Positions 1-15,322 are shown, numbered from the stretch's first letter. The stretch is 64,000 nucleotides of DNA from Amoebidium appalachense (GCA_963693365.1 CAVNZM010000003.1:14925143-14989142); one strand, 5' to 3'. Made by a program: numbers and translations. Notes: generated by a model not told the origin, from the letters alone.

Positions 1-135
1 AGGACGCACTTCGCAACCTCACAGGTGCTCCAACTGACTCAAACACAGACGCACACACACACACACCACACCATCACACACGTAGTACATACATAGACAC
101 ACAAAAACATGTCACACACACACACACACACACAT

Positions 136-170
<35 letters not shown>

Positions 171-972
171 AGGTACACACACACCTGCTCAAATGCAGAT
201 GTAGATACACTTCATAGCCACACCGGCGTGACTCGAATGTCAAACAAACAGAATCAAAAATGCATATGAAGTTGCCAGTAGTGAAAAACAGACTTGGCAC
301 ACATGCCCTCGCAAATGTGTGCATGCAGCTGCCTGCACGGAAACACAGTCACACACATGCCAAATACACTGCACGTGCACACACACAGCCAATCACACAT
401 ACCTAAGGGCACCCAGTCTCTCACTGAGTATTCTCAAGCAGGCAGACACCACGCCTTCCAAACAAACAAACAAACAAACAAACAAACAAACAATCAAACA
501 AACAAACAAACACACATTCAAGGCTTTGCGCCGTTTTCTCCCTCATCCTCAGTGCCCCCCCAATCCCCGCTCCCCTCCCCTCCCCCCCTCCCCCCCTCCC
601 CCCTCCTCTATCTGCACTCCTCCCCCTCCCCCTCCCCCCCTCCCCCCCTCCCACTCTTTGCGCATGCACGGTGCAGAAGTTCAATAATTATGCAAAGGAA
701 ACATGTACAACACACTGCAAATCTAAATCACTGTGACACACAACATATCGCAAGGACACGTGCACACAGGTGCCACTGCACAGGCCGATACCAGGTGCAC
801 TCACTGCAATGCATCACGATACGCACAACTGGAATGAAAACAGCGTAGCATGCCGGGACATATGTGCACTCTCACACAACGTCAGAACACACACCACTCT
901 TCCACACGCGCACACACACACACAAACACACACACACAAACACACACTCTTGCACGCGCCCACACGCGCGCG

Positions 973-1035
<63 letters not shown>

Positions 1036-1049
1036 ACCCACCCACCCAC

Positions 1050-1162
<113 letters not shown>

Positions 1163-1957
1163 TGGCACACACAGCACACACTTTCACACGAACACAGGTG
1201 ATCACAATAAAGTTGCGCTCATAAATGGGGATTTTAATTCTGAAAAAAAACACCGATCAGAACGGATATGAGAAGTTGGTGGTTTAGGGCAAGCGAGGGA
1301 AAAATTCTGGAAAATTGTTTGTGTGTGTGTGTGTGTCTTTATATTTTGGGGGGAGGGGGTGGGGGGGGGGGGATCCGCTCACCCTTCTAGTCTTTTTTTG
1401 GGGGGGGAGGGGGGGGAGGGGGGGGGAAGGAGGGGACCGGGGGGGGGAAGAGGGGGGAAGAGGAGGCAAGGGGAGAGGGGGAGAAGAGGGGGGGGGGGGG
1501 GGGGGGCATGGCCAACCTCCCCCGCCTATTCAAATAAAAGAATGCCTTACGGTGACACCTCATCAACTCCATGATATTGACGTTATGTAACCGTGTTAGA
1601 AGTACACAGGAAGATCGGATTCCTGGTGGTCAAAAAAGCCATCAAGGCCACGTCGATCGGGTTGTCCGTATGGGGAAACTGTTAAAAGCCTTTTTTGCAA
1701 TTTGCAAAGGGAGCCCCTACACAAACGAGTACCTTCATTAAACTACTTTGGAGCGGCTGCGGCTTGGAGGTTTATCCGGTTGTCCATGTTCACATGCACT
1801 TTGCCAAGAGTGTCTTACGAATTCGACCTCCGTACGTTAAACTTTTCTAATTGCACTGCGTGACAGATTTGTGGGCACACATACATTGAACTTTAAGGAC
1901 GGCAAAAGCATACGAAGTCTGTGTGCAAGGGGCAAGTGGATCAAGAGTGATGTTTCG

Positions 1958-1994
<37 letters not shown>

Positions 1995-2004
1995 TGTGTG
2001 TTTG

Positions 2005-2117
<113 letters not shown>

Positions 2118-2146
2118 GTGCGTGTGTGTGTGTGTGTGTGCGTGTG

Positions 2147-2234
<88 letters not shown>

Positions 2235-2253
2235 TGTGTTTGTGTGTGCGTGT

Positions 2254-2305
<52 letters not shown>

Positions 2306-2453
2306 TATGGGCACTAGGTGTGCGCGTGTGTTCCCGGGTACTGTTTGCACACTCGTGTCCCCTTCTCCTCCCCCCCCCCCCCCCCCCCCCCCCCCCCTCA
2401 CTGTCCCCCCCCCCCCCCCCCCCCCCCCCTCTCCCCCCTTCTCCCTTGCCCCC

Positions 2454-2492
<39 letters not shown>

Positions 2493-2660
2493 CTCGTCCA
2501 CCCACCTGCCTGCTTTGTAGATCGGGACTCTTCATTGAAGTGCAGATATTTTGATTTCTATTACCAGCCCTCCGCTCCCCCCCCCCCCCCCCCAACCACC
2601 ACCACCCCACCCACACACCATATCGACCCCCCCACCCCCACCCAACTCGAACCCCCCCCT

Positions 2661-2701
<41 letters not shown>

Positions 2702-2861
2702 AAAAACGATTGAAAATAAAATAAAGAAAAACCTGGAAAAAGAAACATACGGCGCGGTCAACTACCCTCCCTCCCGTCTTCAGGCTTTGTGTGTGCAAGC
2801 AAAAACACACAGGCAGGGCTCGCTCCAAGAAACCCACACCCAGAAAGCCACTTTCCCGTAG

Positions 2862-2936
2862 GCTACGATGGCGCCAGCACACACGGTGTGGCAGCGGTAG
2901 GCAAGGATGCAGGCTTACATATGAGCATGCACGAAG
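2862..2936 (+). other. possible isolated coding exon of an unresolved gene
   Basis: 75-nt non-repetitive open segment (GYDGASTHGVAAVGKDAGLHMSMHE) bounded by ttcccgtAG and GTaaat, symmetric phase 1. No partner exons or homology were found. Confidence 0.2.
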
Positions 2937-3084
2937 GTAAATATGGGAATGGGGTGGAAGTTTATCAAGGTTGTGGGAAAGGCCCGGAGAGGAGGAGGTG
3001 GTGGTGGTGGCAGTGGTATGTGTATGTAAAATGTGTGTATGTGTGCGTGTGTGTGCGTGCGTGCGTGCGCGCGCGCGCGCGCGC

Positions 3085-3145
<61 letters not shown>

Positions 3146-3646
3146 TGTTTGTGTGTGTGTGCTTTTTTTTTTTTTTTTTTTTTTTTTTGGGGGGGGGGGG
3201 GGTTGCATTCCTTCCACCACCTACGAAGAAAAGAGTCACCCACTGTGGAAATTCTCACTGAGAAACACTGACAGAAAAAGACAGCGAGGGTGTGTGTTTG
3301 CGTGTGTGCTATGGGCCATTGTGGTTCCATTTCGAAGGGTCATGTTTCAAATGTTGTTGATATTGTATTATACTGATGCACAGCCAGTGTGCACGCTTAC
3401 ATTAATCTAAGATCTTAGCTCTAAATATTAATTGGTCAGCAACCAGTGCCATGACCTCATATTTTCCAAGAACCCATTCATTGATCAAATCACCAGGTCC
3501 TCACATCAAAATTTTACAGAAATGAATCAAATTGGATTACATTTACAATACATTCTCTCGCAAATCATGTTGCGCAGGCGCACCAATTAAACATTCACGC
3601 ACCAAAAACCATTGGAAAGAAACTGAACATCGGTCATTCAACTAAA

Positions 3647-4651
3647 TCACTGTGCGCCCATCACCTCAAATCGCGCCTGCTGTCCGATATTTGCCGCCCG
3701 CTGTGTCATTGGGATACGGGGCATGGCATAGGGGATAATCTTGCTGCTTCGCCTACGTGCCGGCATAGGCTCGACATCTTTGCTATCCGACTCACTCACA
3801 ACCACAGGCACACACACCCACTCGTGTGACCGAATGTCATCAAAGGTTGGTCGTTGGTTGGCCTCAAAACGGAAAAGGGAAAGAAGGAGTGCGCGGCATT
3901 CGCGGGAGATGTTGCGTGGCGGGAGGTAGCACGCCCACTGGGATGAGTAGTGGTTGACATCAAACGGAAGGCGGAGGGCAAGCATCGAGTGGAGAACAGC
4001 ACCACATGCCCACACCTCGGCTGAGGGGCCTTTGTATGGGGTGTGCTCGTAAATCTTGTATACCTCAGGTGCCGCGAAAACCGGTGAACCTGTCGCCGTC
4101 CACAAATTCTCACTGTGTGCGTCCTGTGTAACCTTCGCAAGACCGAAATCGGCCAACTTAATGCAAAGGTCGCCCTCTGCGTCCAGTGCTAGCAAAATGT
4201 TTGCGTTTTTGATGTCGCGATGAATGACGCCGTGGTTATGGCAGTAGGTCACTGCGTCGACTAGTTGTGTGAACCACTTGCGTGCCTGATCCTCAGAGAG
4301 AGGGGAACCCAATTTAACGAGATATTCGTGCAAATTACCGAGTGGGCAATATTCAAGCACGAGATATACGTTCTTGTCATCTTCGAGAACGTCATACAAC
4401 TGCATAATGTTTGGATGACCGCGCACACGAACGAGAGATTCGATTTCAGCGTCTACCGATTCTCTGTCTGAGCGCTGCTTGCTAATGACTTTCACAGCAA
4501 CATTTCTACCATATGCATCCTTAGCGAGATAAACGGTTGAAAAACAACCCTGTCCTAGCTTCTCCCCTAGCTCTGGGAGTCTGACAAATGCCCCCGGTAC
4601 GCAATACTGCGACGGCTGGGCGGAATAAACGAGTGTAGCTCCACAAGTCAT
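3647..4651 (-). CDS. Ser/Thr protein kinase, CAMK group (AMPK/SNF1/MARK-related), intronless
   Basis: 334-aa ORF with the catalytic motifs LGQGCFSTV, VAVK, alphaC Glu, HRDIKNAN, DFG and TATGSPVFAAPE. HPNIMQLYDV and LVLEYCPLGNL are typical of CAMK-like kinases. Confidence 0.93.
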   Translation of the reverse strand: MTCGATLVYSAQPSQYCVPGAFVRLPELGEKLGQGCFSTVYLAKDAYGRNVAVKVISKQRSDRESVDAEIESLVRVRGHPNIMQLYDVLEDDKNVYLVLEYCPLGNLHEYLVKLGSPLSEDQARKWFTQLVDAVTYCHNHGVIHRDIKNANILLALDAEGDLCIKLADFGLAKVTQDAHSENLWTATGSPVFAAPEVYKIYEHTPYKGPSAEVWACGAVLHSMLALRLPFDVNHYSSQWACYLPPRNISRECRALLLSLFRFEANQRPTFDDIRSHEWVCVPVVVSESDSKDVEPMPARRRSSKIIPYAMPRIPMTQRAANIGQQARFEVMGAQ

Positions 4652-4881
4652 TTTGTGATTTCTATACTTCTGCTAATGTATTTTTCATAAAACCACTGTG
4701 TATAAGATGTTCTCTACTATCCGATTCGATACACTTGTGTGTTTTGATGCCAGCTATATTGTTTATCGTGTGTTTTTGGTAGGTTTCGATTGAGATGAAT
4801 GAATCCGTATGAAAAGGTCTCGTCTCAAAGTGTGGCAAGTTGGCAACCGAAGAATGAGGACTGGGGTGGCACACGCCGAGG

Positions 4882-4963
4882 TTATATAAGGGGAACCTTT
4901 GTGGAATGCTCGGATATCCCTCTAAGATAGCCAATCACAGAAGCGTTTCTAAGTGATTGGCTA
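4882..4963 (-). promoter_or_regulatory. putative kinase promoter: TATA-like motif plus an inverted pair of CCAAT boxes
   Basis: TTATATAA at about 4882-4889, and a perfect 11-bp inverted repeat TAGCCAATCAC...GTGATTGGCTA at 4928-4963, 230-310 bp upstream of the ATG. Confidence 0.45.
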
Positions 4964-6249
4964 ATGCTTGTCGCTTCACTTGATCTCCCTTTTCGTCTCA
5001 GCTGGGGGGTGGTTGATGAAGATTCATAAAACATTTTTTATAACAGGGCAGGAAATTATACTGTTTTCGGAAGTAAATATACCGTTAATTTTCAAGTACC
5101 AGTCACTGCCTGGGACTTAGTTCCACCTGAGTTGGAGGTTTGGGAAGTAAATAAAAAGAAAAGTCCCCCCTTTCCCCCCCCCCTCCCCTTCTCCCCCACC
5201 GCCCGAAGCTGGAACTCTCGGTTTTTTCCTGGGAAAACGCTGGAACTTGCAATAGCGCAAAAGTTATCTCAATACCGCATTTATCACATGACCAGTCCAT
5301 ATACGGAGAAGACAATAAAAACTTCACGAGTTATCCAGTAACAAGTGCATACTGAGATACCTGAACACTGTGTGAAAATCATATAAATACTCAATGTGAC
5401 GACCAACAGAATTCAACAAAAAGTCTAAAAGAAGTAAAAAGGAAGTAATATCTCCGGGCAAAAATAGGCGGCGATCCGCCAGGTGCCAAAATACAGTAAT
5501 CCTAAAATGTAATTTCTAGCCCTGTTTTATAATGACTTTATTGATATGCTCATGCAACATGACAAATGCTTTGAATTCTGTTTTATTATATATAATAGTT
5601 TTATAATTAATGACCTTAGAAGCCTGTAAATAAAACATTTTAATGTGTCTATAATGAGTTTTTTTATAATTTTGTTTGCTAATACTGACTTGAAATCTGA
5701 CTGCAGCGGTTTTTGCTGCGAATGCAAGTACATTTTAGGGGGAGCTGTTGATCGATCTGGGGCATCTAAAAGTATGTGCCTGGGGGTACAGGGGGACCTT
5801 GGCGGGCCGTTCGTTTACTTCATCCGAGCCAATCACATGGCGGTGTTGAGGTCCAAAAACAGGTATTCGTCGATCTGATTGGAGATGCACCCTACTGCGA
5901 GTCACACATGGCTGTGGCAGCATGCCATGATTATAAACCAATCAGATGTATAAACTTGTCACATGATGATGGGCATCATAGGCCTAGGTGTACACTAAGA
6001 GTCCTGAAAAGAAATCGAAATCACTTGCTTGAGTCATAATAGAAAAGGTGACTGCATTACAGCTCCGAAATATCAACAGCTGATGCTTGCATCGCATATA
6101 ATGCCACATTATTCAGCCTTTTGCTAGTACTAAGACGAGATAAACCTTCGGAAACCAGCGCACCATGCTAGCAACCACTGCCAATCAAAAGCCACCTTCG
6201 AAAGATTCCGTTGCCGTCGTCTTTCTAAAAGAATTTGAGGCCGCGAACA

Positions 6250-6570
6250 GGCGCCCGGCCACGTACAAGACGGCCATAGGAAATTTGAGAGGGTCTTTTA
6301 TGACTGCCACTTACTTACTAGCTCGTATGTGTACTGTAATATGTGTGGGGGGTGGTTTACTCGCGGATGCATATCTATCAATAAGTGTGCCCTGTTAGTT
6401 AATGTGGTAGAACCGGAGGTTATGGGCGGCTTTATTCTCTTTTCTACTTCTCTCCCCCAGTGTATCCGTTATAAATTGACCGTGTTATAATTAGATCACT
6501 TTATTAATGCTGCACAGTATGATGTTGTGATACGGTGTCTTAACTTTCTCTCGGAGCTACCAATGCTAGC
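6250..6570 (+). pseudogene. highly decayed remnant of the C-terminal region of the non-LTR RT ORF family
   Basis: TYLLARMCTVICVGGGLLADAYLSI and LDHFINAAQYDVVIRCLNFL align by eye with KYIVPSCRTGLSLADGIYY and LDFILNT..NYDLFIRCIEWL of the copies at 6987 and 30563. Confidence 0.4.
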
Positions 6571-6628
6571 TAGCTTCTGCTTATCCATAATCTATACTAG
6601 GGTTGTTTTATTGCATACAGTGTACATA

Positions 6629-6979
6629 AGTGGGGGTTTACACACTTTTTATTGCGTGGACACTGCCGGAGGCCCAGCCACATTCGACGGCCTTACTGCG
6701 TTTTCCAGCGCAGCCAATCAAATGCAGCCAGTGACATATGTACATGCTAGGCAACAATGAGCGCCATCGTAGTATATGACACCCCTATTACACATTATGG
6801 GTAAGCAGAGGCTAGCATCGGTAGCTCCGAAAGAAAGTTAGGGCACCGGATCACAATACATATAATACATAAGTCACTAGCTGCATTTGATTGGCTGCGC
6901 TGGAAAACGCAGTAGGCCGTCAAGTGAGGCTGGGCCCCAGACGATGTCCGCAGCAATACAAGGTGCATAAACCCTCCCT
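6629..6979. mobile_element. MITE with ~110-bp terminal inverted repeats
   Basis: The left arm (about 6629-6742) and right arm (about 6866-6979) are reverse complements, with the near-perfect core ACTGCGTTTTCCAGCGCAGCCAATCAAATGCAGC. TA/TAA occurs at both flanks, and there is no ORF. Confidence 0.8.
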
Positions 6980-6986
6980 TAATTGA

Positions 6987-8009
<1,023 letters not shown>

Positions 8010-9028
8010 TGCCACCATGTGCCATATATGCATGCATATGCGCGCCGCATGATGTTGGTTGTCATTGATGTTACCGCAGTGTAAATAAATAGCCACCTAT
8101 ACTAATTCAATTTTTTTCGCTTTTTTCAATATATCTTATTCCGTTTTTTACAGTTGGATATCTGATAGCGGTAATTACAGCACACACGTACGCTGATACC
8201 TTCTCAGGGTCAGGACTTTGAACCGCTAAAAAAATATGATGCTATAACTAACACGACTGCGATAGCTATACTTACTACTATTAACCACACTATTGGTAAT
8301 TTTTTTTTTTTTTGCTCATGCGTCATATGTACATGTAGATATATCGGCGGCGTCGCGCGCCGAGTAGGTACTCCTTCACCCGTCATGTACAAGAGTCATG
8401 AGTCGCTCGAGGCCAAGACCCTGTAAAATAAAGAAAATAGAATTTTTGGTTTCATAATGGACAATAACATCAAATATGTCTGTTAAAAAGAATACGCGCA
8501 ATGCCGTTGGTAAATAACTTCCACATAAATCACACTCGCCATGACGTCAGCAGACTTGCCGCCGCGTCCGCGGAGGCCAATCTCCTCAATTTCATCGTGA
8601 TGATCTTATATCCGCACAATCCGTGATGATGGTTGTTTTCAGTCCGCGCCATGTGAACGTGACCGCAACTGTTCCCGTCTGCAGCGAACGTAAAGTTCAT
8701 CGCAGCGCGTGCACACCGTCAGTACGTGTGAGGGGGGAAACGGGTCATGCACGGGTGTGCACGTGCAACTTTTGCCCGCACAGATGCCCATGCTTCTTAC
8801 AACCCAGGACACAGGACCGATGATGCCTGAACGTACTTACGCGCATAACAAGGAAGTCTACCACCTACTGAGGCAGTGTCTCCTTTCTTTCTTTCTTTCC
8901 TTTTTTTTTTTTTTTTTTTTTTGCTTGAAGTAGATGTATAACGTCGCACGTGCGGCAACACGTCAGTACGTGTTAGCAAGGAAGTGTAGTGCAATGTACG
9001 ACATCTCAAATTTGCAGACTGAGTGCAT

Positions 9029-9314
9029 GCGAGTGCATACAGCAATTGCTCGGAGAGAGTGTGTGTGACTGCGAGTGCATACAGCAATTGCTCGGAGAGA
9101 GTGTGTGTGACTGCGAGTGCATACAGCAATTGCTCGGAGAGAGTGTGTGTGACTGCGAGTGCATACAGCAATTGCTCGGAGAGAGAGTGTGTGACTGCGA
9201 GTGCATACAGCATTGCTCGGAGAGAGTGTGTGTGACTGCGAGTGCATACAGCAATTGCTCGGAGAGAGTGTGTGACTGCGAGTGCATACAGCAATTGCTC
9301 GGAGAGAGTGTGTG
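9029..9314. repeat. minisatellite, ~42-bp unit x ~7
   Basis: Unit GCGAGTGCATACAGCAATTGCTCGGAGAGAGTGTGTGTGACT repeated head-to-tail with small (GA)/(GT) slippage variants. Confidence 0.95.
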
Positions 9315-9608
9315 GGACTACGATGAAGGCGGTGCATGGTTTGCAGGGTTGATTTTTTTTTTCCCTTTTCTTTTTTTTCTTTTTTCTTTTTGAGTTCGTG
9401 CACAGAAAGCCCTGAGGCTTCGCCTGCATGTAAACCCCGGCCCACCATTGGTATATGAGTTGGTGCGAGTCACCCAGGTGGTGTGCCAGACATTTCCACA
9501 ATGTGCCTTTCCATTGTTTTTTGTCGACAAATTGTGCCCGGCACAGCCACCACTAGCTCCGACTAACACGGCGGCGCCATCGAATTTATGATTATATAGC
9601 CATAGAGT

Positions 9609-9730
<122 letters not shown>

Positions 9731-9865
9731 GAAAGAAAACAGGAACGAAATGAGAAACAGCACACGTGAACACACAGTATTTCGCTAAATAACACACAAT
9801 CGCACTGACGAGATTACACACCGGAATCAAAGCCTTTGGAGTGAACCGTTGATTTTGGAATTCGA

Positions 9866-9905
<40 letters not shown>

Positions 9906-10559
9906 AGGGTTGTTCCACTTGAAAGTTTCCCCACCACCCCCCCCCTCCCCCCCCCCCCCCCCTTCCTCTCCTCTGCCCCATTGTGAAGCCAAAGGGAAAT
10001 GCACATGATTTGGGCAAATGCTTAACTGTTTCTGCTCTGGTTTATAGAGTTTGTGGAAGGATTTGCCAGCCCCTATAACGTGTCCGATCACATCGAGCGT
10101 GTAACACCATAATAGGGATTACGATTCTGCGCCAGTCTGAATCCTTTGGCTCATATGAAACTTTAGATGGCGGAGCTGTGTGGATGTAGCTGAATTCCTT
10201 TTTTTGGGCAATACACGCTTTTTTGGTATATGCAGCCAACCAATGTTGTTAAAAAGCCAAGAAAAGGCGAGTGGAGATGAAGAGGGGGTTGTGCGGGGGG
10301 AGGGGGGGGGGTAGATGGGTTGGGGCAGAGCAATGAGGCCAATCCCCAGACAGATCTGCCGTAGTGCCCAGTCATGTGAATGGCTGAAAAATCACGGCAG
10401 GTATTCCCAGCCGGGCTACCTTAAATTGGATGATATGTAACGACTTTGAGAGGGGTTCAATCAGGGGGCCTGCTTTTATCCCATATTTGGCTTGGTGTTG
10501 GACGTGCACGTTTAACCCGGCCAGCATCAACTGGAAAATGACGTTACCTCCCCCCCCCC

Positions 10560-10603
<44 letters not shown>

Positions 10604-10604
<1 letters not shown>

Positions 10605-10708
10605 AGGATGGGCTCTGCTTGTTATGCATACTCTTTATGTATGGCTTGCATTCTGCATCGTGTTATCCGTTTGTTCTTGTGTGCTTCGTACTTTTTGACG
10701 CATTCAAA
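10604..10708 (+). repeat. dispersed ~105-bp repeat, copy 1
   Basis: GAGGATGGGCTCTGCTT...GACGCATTCAAA differs from 23023-23127 at about 2 positions. Both copies are flanked by C runs. Confidence 0.9.
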
Positions 10709-11098
10709 CCCCCCCCCCCCCCCCCCCCCCCACCCCAACCCTGTCCCCTCTACCCATCCACACAACCACCCCCCCCCCCCTCCCTCCACCCGCCCATCCA
10801 CTCCTACATCCTCCCCCCCCCCCCCCCCACCCCGTCCCCCCCGTCCCCGCCCCCCCTCCAAAAGACAAATACACCTCCTCCTACTACGCAGACACGCACA
10901 TCCACAACCAGCCCCCCTGTCTCCCCCTCCACCTCCCCTCCAACTTGGGGGGAAAAAAAAAAGAAAAAAAAAAAAAAAGTGGGAAAAAAGGAAAGGTTGT
11001 TGCTTCTGGGTGCTTTCTGATTTGTGTCTTTGTGCACGGTGTTCTGTGTTTAGGCCTAAGGGTGATGGGTGAATGAACGGAGGTGGGGTGGTTGGCCA

Positions 11099-11152
<54 letters not shown>

Positions 11153-12937
11153 CGCGGGGAAAAAAAAACCGCTTCTGCCGACACACAAAAAAAAATCAAG
11201 ATCGAGTGGTCGTCGGCAGGTTCAAGCCTTGAACACTCTGAAAGAGTGGGCTTACACTCTTCTCGCCGTGTCTCTCTCAGCTCTCTATTTGGCCCCTTTG
11301 GTCTATCTCTCTGAGACTCCCTCTCCTCCCTAGTTCCCTCTCTCTCTCTCCCCTATCACTACCCCTTTCTTTCTCTCTGTGCAATCTCCATCCCCGCCCC
11401 CCCCCCCCCCCCCCCCCTCTTCTACAAGACCTCTGTCTCTCCACCTCCCCCCCCCCCCCCCACACACACACCTCTCTTTTTCTTCACCCCGCTCAATCCC
11501 CCCTAGCCCTAAGCTCATATCAAGTGTGTGCAGACGTCATGTCTCTCTCCAATATCTAATCAGTGAATAAACTTCCAAGTTCTCTCTGATATGGTTCCAT
11601 AAATGGAGGCTCCTCAAACTCAACATCTGATATTGAATAATTTTTCTAACTTAAGTGTGGCATCATCATGAGGAGGAGATAGAGGGCTTGGGTGAGACGT
11701 GGGGGCAGAAGATGAGCGGTTTGGGGAGGGGAAGGGCGAGGATATAAGGAACGATCAGGAAGAGTCGTGTGTCTTAGATGAGCGTTTGCTGATGGCGGCG
11801 GTGGTCGGGGGGAGGGAAGGGACGGGAGGGGGCAAGAAGGGGATGGGGGTGGGGGGTGCGAGGAGGGGAAGAGCATCTATAAGTTTCATATGACTATAAC
11901 AGCACCGAAACAACTCCACGGCCCGACACAAAAAAAAAATCCGGAAAGTTGAAAAACCGGTGTGGGTGGCTCAGAGAGAAGGGGTGGAGGGGAGGGGGAG
12001 GGGGGGGGGGGGAGGGGGGGGGGAGGGGAGGGGGGAGAAGGTGGGGCAGGGGGAGGGGGGGGAGGGGGGGGGGGGGGGGAAGGGGGGGCTGCTACATTTT
12101 AAACAAAGGGAGGAGGGATGAGGAGGGGTGGGGGGAATTTAAGGCCCAGTGGGAGGCTTGGACCCTATGGAGAAAGATTATCTCCTTCCAGGGGTAATTT
12201 TAACTCCATGTGGGGGGGTTACTAATTGAACCTCACAGATTGAACCTCATAGTGAGAAGTAATGCCACATGGGGGCTTTTTAATTAATCACGTAGGGGGG
12301 TTTTAACCCCAAAGCGGGGATTTAACAGCATAAGGAGGATTTAATCCCCCCCCCCCCCCCCCCCCCCTCGGGGGGGATGGATTTAGCACCATGCAGACCC
12401 CTAGCAGACCAGGGGTTGAATCCCCCCCCTCCCTCCCCCGCCCAACTCCCCCCCCCCCCCCCCCCCCCTTCCCCCCCCCCCCCCCCCCAGATCATCCAGG
12501 CAACCAAACGGATCCCAAATTTCCAAAATATATAGTAGTAAACCGCGCATAAAACATTCATTAACGCCTTACACACTCGAATTTTGGAAAATTGGGTTTT
12601 CTGGATTACCGGTACCGAGATTTGCAATCCAAACACGTGAAAATCCACCCAAGTGCATGTGGCACACAAAAATCATTGGGGTAGAGCTCGTTTGGCATTC
12701 ACAGAGAGCAATTACCGGTAATTTAAAGCCCAAAATCCGCACTCACCCCAACACCCAGCACCCTACCAGCAATACTACACTGCATATACAAGCATAGTAG
12801 TCAGGTTGACACACCAAAATGTAAACCTCACATAGCAACCCACATATCATGCCAGTTTGCCGAGTGCGCTCGTGCAGAATTATGATTTTTCACCCACGCG
12901 CCTAGTCAAAGGTAGTCTGCAGGTACTGTGAATTTGT

Positions 12938-12968
<31 letters not shown>

Positions 12969-13103
12969 ACTCCGGGTCAGAGTGCAGCAGCTCAGGATAG
13001 ACTACATGTGTTCCCCCGGAAACTTAATGCAAATTTAAATTTAGCACTCTGCACAGACTTTGCGATTGTTTTGTAATCGTTCTCTCGGCAACCCCCTCCT
13101 CTC

Positions 13104-13142
<39 letters not shown>

Positions 13143-13211
13143 AGTATACCGGTACCCCCCCCCCCCCCCCCCCCCCCCCCACCCTCTGGCTTCACTTTTA
13201 TCTTTATAAAG

Positions 13212-13310
<99 letters not shown>

Positions 13311-13393
13311 CGCGCGCGCGTGCGCACACACAGCCTTGCATGTTTTGGGGAATCGGCGGACAAAGTGTGTGTGTGCGTGTGCTCGTGGGGAAT

Positions 13394-13429
<36 letters not shown>

Positions 13430-13736
13430 GGGAGGGGGAGGGGCCGGGGGGAGGGCCCGTTCTTTTTTGGTGGCTTCAGGGGGTGGGGAGAGGGATGCAG
13501 GGGGGAAGAAAGAAATGGTTGGGGAAGGTTGAGGGGGAGAGAGGGGGGAGGGGGGAGGGGGGGGGGGGGGACGGAGAGGGGGAGGGGAGGGGCTGTAGCA
13601 TGGCATATATATATGGATGTGGATTACCCGGGGAGAGAGCTGGGCCGAAGATGTCATGCATGCCCTGGGGAGTGGGGTAGTATACCCCGTTGAGCACTGT
13701 GGTGAATAAAATGCTCTGGCAAATCATATGGTATGA

Positions 13737-13880
13737 CGAATAATATGGTCTTGCGAGTAATAAGGTCTGGGGAATAATATATATACCGAAAATAATATGG
13801 TATTGCGAATAATAAGGTCTGTGGAATAATATATACGGAAAATAATAATTGGTATTGCGAATTATGTGGTGTGGGGAATT
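13737..13880. repeat. degenerate ~52-bp tandem repeat (AATAATATGGT/GGAATAATAT motifs), possibly a transposon subterminal array
   Basis: AATAATATGGTxTTGCGAxTAATAAGGTCTGxGGAATAATATATA repeated about 2.7 times. Confidence 0.7.
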
Positions 13881-15103
13881 TTAAAGTATGGCCAATAATA
13901 TAGAGTGGTGAATACTATAATGTCACAGTGGCAAAAATATGGTTCCAAAACCGGGGATTTGCTTTGTGCGGTTGGAATCAACCGTGAGAGATTTGAATAA
14001 CTCTGATGCCGCATGGTGGCACATGGTGAATATGAACGGTTTATGTAGGCGGAGGTGTGCGTGTGACGTAGGTACAGTGTCGTATGATGCGTCTAAATGG
14101 TGTGTACCCCCGCAGCCCCCGGCGGTGGGGTGGGGGGTGGGGGTGGGGGGGGGGGGGGGGGGGGGGGAGAAGGGGGGGAGAGGGGGGGGGGGGGGGGAAG
14201 GGCAGTCTGAGACAAGTTGTAAGAGGAGAAAACAAGGGGGAGGTGTCATGATGTCATACGTTATGCGCCGTATTTAGAGACAGGGAAGTAAAAAGAGGGT
14301 CCGAGCTTGAATATGAGAGAAAACCGGGGGGTTGGTGTGTGTGTGTGTGTGCCCGGGAGGGGGGGGGGGGGGGGGGGGGGGGGGAGGGGGGGGTGGATTG
14401 AAGGAGGGGGACGGGGGGGTTTATAAAGAAGGTTGGGAGCATAAAGAACACGTCAAAAGACAAAACAAAACGTTACAAAACTGAACCCCCCCCCCCCCCC
14501 ACAAAAAAAAAAAAAAAAAGAGAGAGAGAAAAAAGATACTTTAAGGGGTGCACGCAGAAGGCCTTTGGAGATTTGGATGACGGAGGGAAGGGAGGGAAGG
14601 GAGGGAAGGGAGGGAAGGAGGGGGTAGGGGGGGGGAAGGGGGGCAACAGACATGTTCCAAGTTCTTTGCTTGCCGCGTTTGGTTTTCATATGATTCACTT
14701 TAATAAGAAAGTGAGATCGTTTTCAAGTCTGAATATCGAAACGATGTGGACAGACGAAGGATTATGTAAGATTTACACCGGTTATTTCTCAAGCAGACAT
14801 ATTCTTTTGAAAGAAATGAGCATGTAGCCGTTGGCCAATCATTTTTTGCTAAGTTTACTCATCTACCAATCAGATGTAACTAATTATGCACCTTAGCTCC
14901 AATCAGCATGCATGCCTGCGTCTTTACTCAACTTGCCATCTCATTTATATCGTAACATATCTGAGAATCAAGTTTTCTCTTCTTACTCTATTATGCTCGT
15001 CATTTGTGCGGCGATAGTGGTGGGAAGAATAGCGGAAAGGCCTAAGGGACGAGAGGAAGGGTAGTTTGTGTTTGTGCCGCAGTTTTTGGGTGTCCGTGTG
15101 TGT

Positions 15104-15193
<90 letters not shown>

Positions 15194-15322
15194 TGTGTGT
15201 GTGCATGTATGTCTGTCTGTCTCCGTGTGTGTGGTGTGTTGAGGCAGAGAACCTGGGGGGAGAGGGGCGGGGAAGGGGGGAGGGGGAAGAGGGGAGGGGG
15301 AGGGAGGAGGTAAAAATGCCGG

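Noticed and set aside
9029-9314. CRISPR-like regular repeat
   Set aside because: The units are contiguous with no unique spacers, no cas genes are present, and the context is eukaryotic.
10040-10150. Cytochrome P450-like words (DWRRIVIP, TLDVIG)
   Set aside because: They lie in different frames with wrong spacing, and no heme-binding motif is nearby.
12514-12730. 16-bp inverted repeat and ATTACCGGTA motifs suggesting a hAT remnant
   Set aside because: No matching termini or TSD could be defined.
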